A stretch of DNA of 64,000 nt from Ruditapes philippinarum. Taxonomy: Eukaryota. The number at the start of each line of letters is the position of its first letter. The first letter of the stretch is position 1. The stretch covers positions 1-64,000 of the forward strand of contig NW_026853749.1 of assembly GCF_026571515.1 (NCBI RefSeq), written 5' to 3'. Of the stretch, positions 27,601 through 36,969 are shown one piece after another. A program made the position numbers and the translations under genes. The notes under the pieces were generated by a model. It saw nothing but the letters and a program-made list of their open reading frames with translations, did no database searches and was not told the DNA's origin.

Positions 27601-30600
27601 AGTGCTCAAGAAACAGTCACATCGCGTAACACGTAGAGTCGGCACAAAGCAGTCTCCAGCTATAAAGATGTTTCATCGGCACTTTCCTGTTACCATAACG
27701 CTTGATACCGGTGCTGAATCCAGTATGATCAAGCATTCTTTGCAAAGTACATTGACGCACCCATCATGAAGAGTAATCAACATGCTACCCAAGCTGATGG
27801 TGTAACCCCATTAGACATTATCGGCGAAACACACATTACTTTGTCACGGGCGCCTTTGAGTTTCAGTTGGATGCCCTTGTTGTTGCTGACTTAGATGTAG
27901 ACATTCTTGGCGGTGTGACCTTTTTATGGCCGCTAATGATATTTCAACACGCCCAGCAAAAACAGCAGATAGTCTTGCATGATCGTGAAATTGTCCATTA
28001 CGGCACAACCTTCTCATGCCGATTCTAAACACAGAGTGCGCAGAGCCCAAGTTCCTTCGTGATCCGTGCTCCGAGGGTCTTCACAGGTTACATGCCTGGG
28101 TCATTTGTAGAATTGGACACCCCCAGTAATGTCGATCCCGAGGATCATTTGCTGTTGAGCCGAAATGTGAACACAACTCTTGGTTGTCACCCCAAATTGT
28201 TGATGCCGTTGTGTAAGATTCGTATCGTTAATACCACTGGTGAGCCCGTAGCAACCCGAAGACATGAGCATGTGTGTAATGCAAGACATACTGAAACTAT
28301 GTATGAAAGCTGTACAGACCATTTAGAAACAAAAAACAATGTCAAAAATTTGAATCCTGGCAACTACTCAAAAACCGTTGTGCTTGACCCGGATAACACT
28401 CTAACCAATGAGACCAAACAGAAGTTTCGTACTACTCTGTATGAGTTTGACAATGTTTTCAGCCCACACCTAACTGGATACAATGAGCAGTAGCCCTTTG
28501 AAGGCAACAGTGAACATGGGGCCTGTTCTTCCCCCTCAGAGGAAAGGACGAGTACCTCAATACTCTAAAGACAAGCTTGTTGACTTCAAAGTAAATTTGA
28601 TGAACTGGAAAGAACAAGGCGTGTTTTGCTCGACCTGAAGATACTTAATGTTACCGTCGAGTATCTTAACCCATCATTCCTGGTTAAAAAGCCACAAGGC
28701 GGATTCAGATTGGTGACCGCATTGCTGATGTAGGGCGGTATAGCACAGCCACAGGCCTTCGTTAATGCTGACGCTTGAGTCTGTTCTAAGATCAATAGGC
28801 CAATGGCAGTATTTGATAGTTTCAGACTTAAAAAGTGCATTCTATTCAGATTCCCTTGCCGTGAGTCGCTTAAGTACTGTGGAGTGTCTACACCATTTAA
28901 AGGTATCCGTGTATACACCAGATGTGCAATGGGAATGCCTGGCTCAGAGACGGCCCTCGAGGAGCTCATGTGCCGAATTCTGGAGATCTACTCCAGGAGG
29001 GTATTGTTTGCAAGCTTGCAGATGATCTCTACTGTTGGCGGTGACACACCTGAACAGCTACTTCACAATTGGCGTCGCTGTACTCGCTGCACTCGATAAT
29101 AGTAACATCAAACTAGCCCCATCAAAAACAGTTATCTGCCCTAAATCAACCAATGTGCTAGGCTGGATTTGGTCAGAAGGAATTTGTCTGCTAGCCCACA
29201 CCGTGTAGCTACAACTTGCTTTCATGTCAGCCTCCGGAAAATGTCCGCGGTTTAAGGTCGTTCATCGGAGCATACAAAGTCTTGAGCAAAGTTGTCCCTG
29301 AATGTTTCTATCTATCTTGCCCCACTAGACGATTTGACAGCCGGTCATCAATCGCAAGACAAAAAACGATGGGATGATCAAAGTCTCGAGCATTTCGAAA
29401 GGGCAAAACGTGCATTAAACGACCATAAATCAATCGTCATCCCCCAACCAAAATGACAAATTGTGGATTGTAACAGACGATCGGTAACCAGGCGTGGTAT
29501 TGGTGCTACGTTGTATGTTATGCGAAAACACAAGCTACGATTAGCAGGATTTTTTAGTGCGAAGTTGCGCAGACACCAAGTTACCTGGCTACCATGTGAA
29601 ATTGAGGCTTTAAGTATCGGAGAGCAGCCATTAAACACTACAGTCCGTATATTGTGCAATCATCAAAAGCAGCATGCGTTCTTACAGACAGTCAGCCCTG
29701 TGTTCAGTCAGTTCAAAAGCTCTATAGGGGTGAATTTTCTGCCAGTCCAAGGGTGACGTCATTTCTGTCTAACGTGAGTAGATATCAGGTGGTCGTACAA
29801 CATTTAGCAGGCTCTGCTAACGTACAAGTGATTTCGCCAGTAGAAATGCGCCAGATTGTACGGAAGTACGATGCCAGATTTGTTCCTTCATACGCGCTAT
29901 GGAAGATTCAGTTGTGCGTTCCCTCAATGTTGACGATATTGTCAACGACACTGCCCGCTTACCTTTCACTACAAGATCGGCTGTTGGCGTGATATCCAGG
30001 GTGAATGTCCAGACTTGCGTCGCGTGCACTCTCACTTAAAGCAAGGGACTAGACCGTCCAAAAAATTAACAAACATAAAAGATGTTAAACGGTACTTTGC
30101 AGGTGGTTACTATTTCAAAAGATGGTGTTTTAGTTGTGAAGCGTTCTGAACCATTCTCTTCCGAGAAAAGAACAAATAGTTGTACCACGTTCCGTTCTTG
30201 ATGGACTTCTTACGCCATGCATGTCAAGCTTGACCACCCTACAAAGCATCAGTTAGACTTGTTGGTGCGAAATACTTCTTTGCTTTAGATATAAAACAAG
30301 GCTATCGAGCGTGCAACTAGCTCGTGTCACACGTGTGCTTCCCTTAAGAAATTCCCAAATCATTAGTACAGCAGTCGAGCGAGGATCCCCCAGAATCCGT
30401 CGGATTAGCATTCGCAGCTGATGTCATGAAGCGTAAGTAAACAATGCATTCTTGTTGTACGAGAAGCCGTAACATCATACACAAAAGCTGTCATGGTTGA
30501 CAATGAACAAAAAGTCACTTTACGTAATGCTTTAGTGTGTTTAATGATGGATATGCATCCAATTCATGGTCCACCTGCTGTGATAAGAGTTGATCCCGCA

Positions 30601-33107
30601 CCCGCCTTTGTTGCGCTTCGCGATGATGAGCAGTTAAAACAGGCTAATATAGTATTAGACATAGGTCGTGTTAAAACGCCAACAAAAACCCTGTTGCTGA
30701 AAAAGCCATAGCTGAATTAGAGGACGAGATAGTTCGCGTCCAGCCCGGTGGCGAGTCTATTTCTGAAGTTCAACTGGCCACCGCCGTGAACCACCTGAAC
30801 TGCCGTTTGAGACGAAAGGGAATCTCTTCCCGTGAACTGTGGACACAACGTGATCAGTTTACGCACAACCAAATCCCTATAAGTGATAGAGATGTTATTC
30901 TTTCTCAAAATTCTACTAGAAACAAAAACCACTCGTATAGTGAAAAGTCGAAGTGTTCGTCATATCGAAATTGTGAAACCATAGAAATAGTGATATAGTG
31001 TACTTATACTCCGACAAAACTAAACATGCTTCTCGACAGCGATACATCGTAGTTTCCGTTGATGGTGATTGGTGTTTCATAAAGAAATTCACTGGTAACC
31101 AATTACGCTCCACCTCATACAAAGTGAAAAGATCGGAATGTTTTCGTGTGCCTTCTGATATATGTGATATATCTCATAACATCCCAAATCTGACAGAATC
31201 TGATTGTGATAGTGATTCGGAGATATGTGAAGGATTAACTGTTCAGGACGACAATGCACCTGTAACTCTTACAAATCCGTTTGATTCTGACGATGAGAGT
31301 TGTTCCCCTTTGATCGTTATGGAGCAAGTTCACGCAGATGATCACGACGTCGCGGTAGACGATAGTGTATCACATACTAGCAGACCACAGCGTTCTCGGA
31401 AACCCCCTAAGTACTTAAATGATTATGTGTGTTAATTACTTTGCAATATGTGACAACATTAATTCACCATTCCACACGAATTTAAAGTTTTGTTCAACGC
31501 TAGATCTAGTTTAATACCAAATGTTGTTTATATTGAAATAATGTTATTGTTATAACAATCTTGAAAGTGTATCTTAACTTTCTGTCGACATTATGCATGT
31601 TCAAGTTAATCCCACACATGTGTTCAATATTGTTGAGTTTTTACAAAAGCTTTATTTCTTCTTTCAATCTAGTGTTATAAGTAATCACACGTTTTAGTTG
31701 TTCACTACTTAAGCAAGTACTATAGAAGTCATGTGTGTGTAATTATATATCTTTATATATATCTTTACTGATCTGATACTGTTTGAATATACCTCGTCAA
31801 ACAAAATATTTTCATTTCAAAAGAAAAGAGGTAGCGCCAATAGTTGTATTGTGATTTGGTATAAGAATACCGCGTGTTACATGAGTTACTTCCCTTTGTG
31901 TTAGTTTTGCCATTTGCTCTGTAATAAAGTTAAATTGTTCGTTGGTGATTCTTTCTCCTTACTGGCGTAGAACCATTTCCACAAAAATAATAAAAAATTT
32001 CATTTATCTCAAGTCTAAAGTAAAGGGTCGATTCAAGCCGGCAGGGTCTTTCAAATAGAATGGTCTCGAAACACGCTATGTAAACCCTTCTCACTACAAT
32101 TAAACATGTCTCGGTATAACTAGGTGTAGTTTGCTATACGCAAATTATGTAAGTGTTCAAGAAAAGGGCAAATATTAAATACAAGAGCAAAAATGAAAAT
32201 TTTAATGACATGATGTTATTTAAAAATCTTTAAACTTGTGAAAAAAGGATAAATATTTCAGAAAATAATGTTTTTTAAAGCCATATTTGTTGAAAAACAT
32301 AAATTGCTTGTTCAGAATATTTGCTGATAAACGGCGCCATTTTGAAAATGCACCAAATTAAACATCAAATATTTGCAAATAACATCGTGAAATATTATAA
32401 TATTTTTACATGATACGATTTAAAAACATCTTTTCTCTGTAAAATCAATTTTTATTTTGTCATTGAACAATGCATAAATTTAAAAAGAGCTCATGAAACT
32501 CAGACCTATTTTCAAATATGAGCAGTAGATTTTACCTTGACACCGGGAACGAAAAATTCCTAATTTCATTGCAAATCTATAAAATTGTTATCTTTAAAGT
32601 AAAAACTGATAATATAATGTAGTCAGAGTTAGTTTTTAGTAAGTTTTTGATTGCTTTAACAAAACATTATCTTATAATTTGATTTTTGAATGGTGATGTG
32701 CTATGCGGTAGATAACCCAATCACGTGACTCAACCCGAGACAGTTTTTTTCGTAAAATTGGTCCGTCTCCAGACCATTCTATTTGAAAGACCCTGAAGCC
32801 GGGGATAGGGTTTGACTCAATGTCTGCGGACAGAGTCTGTGGTCTGACATGTCCATATGTAGACACTTGAGGGTGTGGAGCTTAAAACGCCTTTAAAATC
32901 CAAATAAAATGTATATTTGTCAATCTCAGCAAATATACATTTTATTTGGATTTTAAAGGCGTTTTAAGCTCCACACCCCAAGGCCAAGTGTCTGGTCATG
33001 TCAAATTATGAAATTATTCACTTTAATTTACATATTCTTACCCTAACTTTCGATAAATTCGCCTTTGATTCGTTAATGATTGACGTAAATTTCTTTTCCC
33101 AATCCAT
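12673..33107 (-). CDS. Uncharacterised ~397-aa protein with central coiled-coil-like segments and an acidic DDLDL-rich C-terminus (11 coding exons)
   Basis: Minus-strand exons, all GT-AG and phase-compatible: 33107-33042, 25127-25076, 24862-24690, 23727-23646, 23109-22908, 20238-20171, 19657-19581, 18846-18737, 18279-18167, 14968-14807, 12761-12673 (TGA). Total 1194 nt, open throughout. Starts [22 protein letters not shown], contains [26 protein letters not shown] and [23 protein letters not shown], ends [29 protein letters not shown]. The two 5'-most exons are less certain. Confidence 0.8.
13801..13907. repeat. ~107-bp near-perfect hairpin with a GC-rich core
   Basis: ATAGGTTAATGTTTAATAATATGCATTAACAAAAATAATTGGTC-GCCTGCC TGC GGCAGGC-TT-GACCAATTATTTTTGTTAATACATATTATTAAACACTAACCTAT. 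Confidence 0.85.
15261..16194 (+). mobile_element. HINE/pearl-like element: 5' hairpin, ~150-bp internal repeats, GGAC/GACA microsatellite, 3' hairpin
   Basis: AACAAGAG-CCCGGTTTGAGCCGGG-TG-ATGCTCCCCG at the 5' end; (GGAC/AGAC)n at about 16105-16148; 3' hairpin ATGCTCCCCCGAAATTTTTCGGGGAGCAT followed by AAAAA. Inserted in an A-run of the host repeat. Confidence 0.8.
16514..17701 (+). mobile_element. Younger HINE-like copy of the 163-bp repeat family, nested in the older copy
   Basis: AACAAGAG-CTGTCGGTAGGACAG-CAAC-GCTCGACTATTC ... GAATAGTCGAGCTAAAA. TGCTTGATAC recurs at about 16577, 16740, 16903 and 17067. Confidence 0.8.
17193..17633 (+). mobile_element. Large-hairpin element inserted in the 16514-17701 element
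   Basis: Interrupts host AACTTTAACAT|AAGTGGTT. Starts ATAGAGGATATT; hairpin 17202-17351 with ~70-bp arms; internal TTTATTATATGC is inverse (1 mismatch) to terminal GCATGTAATAAA. Confidence 0.75.
19337..19571. mobile_element. Palindromic MITE copy 4 (ATAT TSD)
   Basis: ATAT-GAGCTACG...GCGGCTC-ATAT; adjacent to the splice donor at 19576-19580. Confidence 0.9.
20527..20922 (+). mobile_element. Short HINE/pearl-like element
   Basis: AACAGGAG-GGCCATGATGGCC hairpin, sub-terminal GCTCACCTG, (GGACGAC)n tract, 3' hairpin CTGAGCATATGCTCAG followed by GTGAGCTAAAA. Confidence 0.75.
23148..23283. mobile_element. Palindromic MITE copy 5 (internally deleted, 136 bp)
   Basis: Both termini intact; the centre is collapsed between GGATCCATGCTG repeats. 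Confidence 0.9.
25284..25364. repeat. 81-bp near-perfect palindrome
   Basis: ACACTACTCGCTCAAAATCAAAGACATAAGTTGCCTACTT-A-AAGTAGGCAACTTATGTCTTTGATTTTGAGCAAGTAGTGT; one mismatch. Confidence 0.9.
26316..26452 (+). repeat. 5' LTR
   Basis: Base-for-base identical to 31832-31968; contains TATAAG and AATAAA. Confidence 0.95.
26452..26465 (+). promoter_or_regulatory. Primer-binding site, probably tRNA-Leu type
   Basis: TGGCGGCAGCTGTG directly after the LTR; 12/14 match to TGGTGGCAGCGGTG, the complement of a common eukaryotic tRNA-Leu 3' end (recalled, not searched). Confidence 0.6.
26668..31435 (+). pseudogene. gag-pol polyprotein, frameshifted as assembled
   Basis: Gag N-terminus [14 protein letters not shown]; Zn-knuckle-like CPLC..H....C (27442-27497); protease LDTGA (27701-27715); [28 protein letters not shown] (29012-29035); RNase [25 protein letters not shown]; integrase [31 protein letters not shown]; C-terminal [16 protein letters not shown]. 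Confidence 0.9.
31832..31968 (+). repeat. 3' LTR
   Basis: Preceded by the polypurine tract; identical to the 5' LTR. Confidence 0.95.
32042..32795. mobile_element. 754-bp non-autonomous DNA transposon, 25-bp perfect TIRs, 7-bp TSD
   Basis: TIR CAGGGTCTTTCAAATAGAATGGTCT at both ends; AAGCCGG duplicated at 32035-32041 and 32796-32802. Confidence 0.9.
32871..32978. repeat. Perfect hairpin, 49-bp arms and 10-nt loop
   Basis: 32871-32919 is the exact inverse of 32930-32978; extends with a bulge to AGACACTTG/CAAGTGTCT (32861-32993). Confidence 0.9.
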
Positions 33108-33796
33108 TATTTCTCAAGAGTTGATATTTATAGAAGCAGCTTCGAAAAAATCATTTTCACGATCAACCGGATCTCGAATGTCAACAAAGAGTGTTAGGTT
33201 CAACTAGTCCATAAATGATATTACAGCTAAATTCCGTAAATTTCCGTCTTATACCGTATACATGATATTTGAAAGACACTAGTTAGCTTACCAAATAATC
33301 ATTATCAATTATAAATATAGTCTGGAATTATCCTTTTATCAAATCAAAATAACTTTCAATGTGTAAATTAGATACTGAACAGTACTGTGATATAAGCATA
33401 TTTTTTAACATAAACTTACAGTTATTCATGACAGGCACCAAGCAGAGGGAATGCACATCTGTTGACTATTATACAAATACTCATTCTTCTCTATTAATAT
33501 GACTATTTTGTCATTGGAATACCTTGCCCCAGATGTTGTCACTTTGTCTACGTCCATGTTCAATTAATAGGCTGTTATAGCCAGACTCTAAATACACATC
33601 TTTTTAAACTTTTATCTCACTTTTAAACCTTTGTTTTTATACTTCTTATAGTGGTGAAGGCAAAGTCTATGTCCCCAGCAGGAGTACATAGAAGATAGAT
33701 AAACTGGTTTGTTGTAAGAAATTTACGTGATATTTTACAGTAAAACAGAATCGTTTCAAACAAATTTGTTTTTGGTTTGTAAAAGCTTGATATCAC

Positions 33797-33824
33797 CAGG
33801 TACGTTTATTAATATACGTACCTG
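33797..33824. mobile_element. 28-bp palindromic insertion flanked by a 7-bp direct repeat
   Basis: ATATCAC-CAGGTACGTTTATTAATATACGTACCTG-ATATCAC. Confidence 0.55.
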
Positions 33825-34510
33825 ATATCACCTTATAAATAACCCTCTTTGTTCATTTCTAATTAGTAGCTTTACTCGAAATCGACAAGTGCTTATTTTC
33901 GCGCGCAAATATAAAAGCTATGTTGGTTAAGTCGTTCAACAGTAAACCAAAACCCTCAACAGAATCTGAGTCGATTTTTTTAAAGACATATACATTATAC
34001 ATGTAGTTTCCTGTTAGTAGCGTTTCCTGTTAGTAGCGGGCTATATAGTGCCTGTTAAACCTGCGTCAAATGGAATTTCAAAGTTAAAATTCGTCTGCGA
34101 ACTGATCCCACGTGCAAGTATACATGTAAACTATATTAATAAGCTCTACTGTACATGCATGAAAAGATGTGAATGTTTAAGTAAATTACGGTCTATAAAT
34201 TTATGATTACAGACTTTTCTAAGCCAGGACCTACTTAATTACAGCCTTGCCAACACTCGTCTTAATTACAGTCGAAACTTGTGCCCTCAGTGAATTCTGG
34301 TGGTCAACTCACATGGTATATTTTTATCATACACTTTATAGAATTAAGTAACAATTTTATGGATATTTTTGTTGTTAATGTTCAGATCTTAATCATACAG
34401 GGAAAAACACTTTTGACATGTACTAATTGATAACCGTTACTTCTTTCAATTACTTAAATAAGTCAGTATGTTTAGAAAACGCTGAATTTCCGTTAAAGCC
34501 CACATATACA

Positions 34511-34830
34511 GGAGCAGTAGTCCAGTGGTAGGACGCGCGCTTAGGGATCGAGAGGTCCCGGGTTCGACTCGAACCCCACCAGGGGCACTGCTAATTTCCT
34601 TGAGCAAGAAATTTACCTGCGATTGCTTCACTTCACCCAGGTGTAAATGGGTACCTGCGAGGGTGGTATAATTCCGTTGCGCCAAATTGTCGGCTGCACT
34701 AAGCGGAGTTAAAAGACTCCCCAAGGAGATTGATAGATAGATACCAGTAGCCCGATGACCAGCGGTAATAGCTGTAAAGTCGGTGAACGTGCGTAAGCAT
34801 GAAACTTAGACTATAAATGTAATTACTTAC
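34511..34830 (+). mobile_element. tRNA-derived SINE with a CORE-like central domain
   Basis: A-box-like TAGTCCAGTGG and B-box GGTTCGACTC; central CCTTGAGCAAG...CACCCAGGTGTAAATGGGTACC resembles the MIR/CORE consensus; AT-rich tail TATAAATGTAATTACTTAC. Confidence 0.75.
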
Positions 34831-35655
34831 ATATGGGATCTGGACGTACGCTACTAAACTAAAATAACATCCATCCTATTGACGTGTGTCATTTAATTGA
34901 GTGCATTGTATATGTTAGGCCTATATATCCCTGTGTTTAAATTACAAGATTTCTCCTACTTTTATTTTATTATTTTATCACACATGTCACAGAATTGATT
35001 TTTAAAGCAGTCGTCTAGACAAGTTTTAATCATGATTTACTAACAGACTAACACTAGATAGCAACGTTGACGCAACATGCACATTATATTCTGATTGTTG
35101 TTCCGAAATCAACTTTTCAACATAATAGCTTGAACTACACCGTCGTCCTTTCTAACACACTATCGCCTGATTAAAATCATTGTGAACAATGACGTTCAAT
35201 TTTATCTGAATTCCTTGGAGGAAGCTGTTCATTAATATTCACGTAATTTTTTTAACAATCTTCGTTCAGCTTTTAAACATTGTTAAAGAAAACAATCTTA
35301 TAACTGAACACTTACCGAGTTGATGCGGGAATATTTGATATTGCACTTGACTGTTGTCTCGCATAACAATAATAGCCTCCTATGCAGGATTTTATATGTC
35401 TATCGCATCCAAATAGAATTAATTGTGTTTAACTTGAAGTATGGAATATATGATAGCATTCAACATATCACATTATTTTTATGTCAGTCCAGCTTTGACA
35501 TCAACATGACTACTTTATTGTATATATGCATGCATGCGTGTTTGCTTGCGAGCGTGCGTGCGTGCGTGTGCATTATGAAATGATCCATTTGCCTAGGAGA
35601 CACAGCATATAACTTTACATTACCTTATACGGAAGCTTATTAGGGTCCAGTAAAT

Positions 35656-35870
35656 GAGCCGTGTCATGACAAAACCAACATAATGCGTTTGCGACCAGCA
35701 TGGATACAGACCAGCCTGCGCATCCGCGCAGTCTGATCAGGATCCATGCTGTTCGCTTACAAACCGTATAACAAGTAGAGATACCAGTAAATGAGCCGTG
35801 TAATGCGCAGACTGGTCTGTATCCATGCTGGTCGCAAACCCATTATGTTGGTTTTGTCATGGCACGGCTC
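35656..35870. mobile_element. Palindromic MITE copy 6 (AAAT TSD; internal rearrangement)
   Basis: AAAT-GAGCCGTG...ACGGCTC-AAAT. Confidence 0.9.
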
Positions 35871-36734
35871 AAATGTAACTAGGCATGCATTTCATAATAC
35901 AGACAGTGGTTGGAAAACATATTGTAGAATGAAACAAAAGTCCATCTCTAAAGTCATTTAGGCTAAAATCAAGATTTTAAATAAATGCACCAATTTGCAT
36001 AAACTATTAGAGAAAGTACTTTCCTTTCTTGTTGCCCGTGTGTAATTTGAAGCACGAAAAGTGGTGAGATTTTACCTCTGTGATATTTCTAATATTCCAT
36101 AAACACAGAGCTATATATACGAATCTCTGCCATAGATTATTAATGAATGAATCGGAAAATAGATCAACATGACCTAAAATGTTTATTAGTCTTAAAAGGT
36201 TAAAGATGCCGTTCTTTCCACAATTCAGATTTCTAAGTTTCAAATTTACCCATCTTAGTGTTTAATGTTGAAATTCTTTTTAAGCCGGTGCTACGGGGCG
36301 TAGACGATTACTTCCACTTTCCCGCACCGTCCATGAACAGACTCAATCAAACCGAGCCGGCAACATTTTCAGTTTCAGTTCAGTTCATATAATATGCAAC
36401 TGGTTATAACAACAAACAAACAGAAAAATAACAGTCAAAAATCACTAATATCACAATATAAAAATACAATTATGACTAGATAAATAAACAAAAAGGAGAT
36501 CATATTGTTCATTTTAAGTACTGAATTCAATACAACATGTATTTTATATTGTAACAAATGGGAACGGAGAATGAGAAGTATTAGTTATCTAAATTTTAGC
36601 ATAATGTTTTTTTCACAACTATTCATTAATGTTTAATTAATTTCTATTTTGACATAAATTTACGTCTTTGGTGCTGCAAATAATCTGCCGTCGTCTATAC
36701 TATGGTAGTTGTTCATTCTTCGCGAAGTACATAT

Positions 36735-36969
36735 GAGCCGCGTCACGACAAAACGAATATAGTGCGTTTGCGACCAGCATGGATCCAGACCAGCCTGCGC
36801 ATCCGCACAGTCTGATCAGGATCCATGCTGTTCGCTTACCAACCCTATTACAAGTAGAGAAACTGATAGCGAACAGCATGGATCCTGATCAGACTGCGTG
36901 GATGCGCAGGCTGGTCTGGATCCATGCTGGTCGCAAACCCATTATGTTGGTTTTGTCGTGACACGTCTC
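36735..36969. mobile_element. Palindromic MITE copy 7 (ATAT TSD)
   Basis: ATAT-GAGCCGCG...ACGTCTC-ATAT; full length. Confidence 0.9.

Larger units (their letters stand above)
26316..31968 (+). mobile_element. Full-length LTR retrotransposon, Ty3/Gypsy domain order (gag-PR-RT-RH-IN), antisense within intron 1 of the coiled-coil gene
   Basis: Identical 137-bp direct repeats at 26316-26452 and 31832-31968. PBS-like TGGCGGCAGCTGTG at 26452. Polypurine tract AAAAGAAAAGAGG at 31819-31831. Retroelement protein motifs in the expected order. Confidence 0.95.

Noticed and set aside
30998-31831. Possible env or extra ORF after the integrase
   Set aside because: 30998-31435 is the integrase C-terminal region ending in a typical [15 protein letters not shown] tail; the remaining ~400 bp has no ORF, signal peptide or transmembrane segment.
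26316-31968. DIRS/tyrosine-recombinase element, suggested by the missing canonical TSD
   Set aside because: The repeats are simple direct LTRs with PBS and PPT, and the element encodes an aspartic protease and an HHCC/DDE integrase, not a tyrosine recombinase.
34006-34038. Direct duplication TTTCCTGTTAGTAGCG x2 upstream of the coiled-coil gene
   Set aside because: A two-copy 16-17 bp slippage duplication is common; there is no evidence for a regulatory role.
34511-34585. Functional tRNA gene (also tRNA-like stretches near 56870-56945 and 58790-58855)
   Set aside because: A/B boxes are present but I could not build a full cloverleaf; the 34.5-kb copy continues into a SINE body and the others are degenerate.
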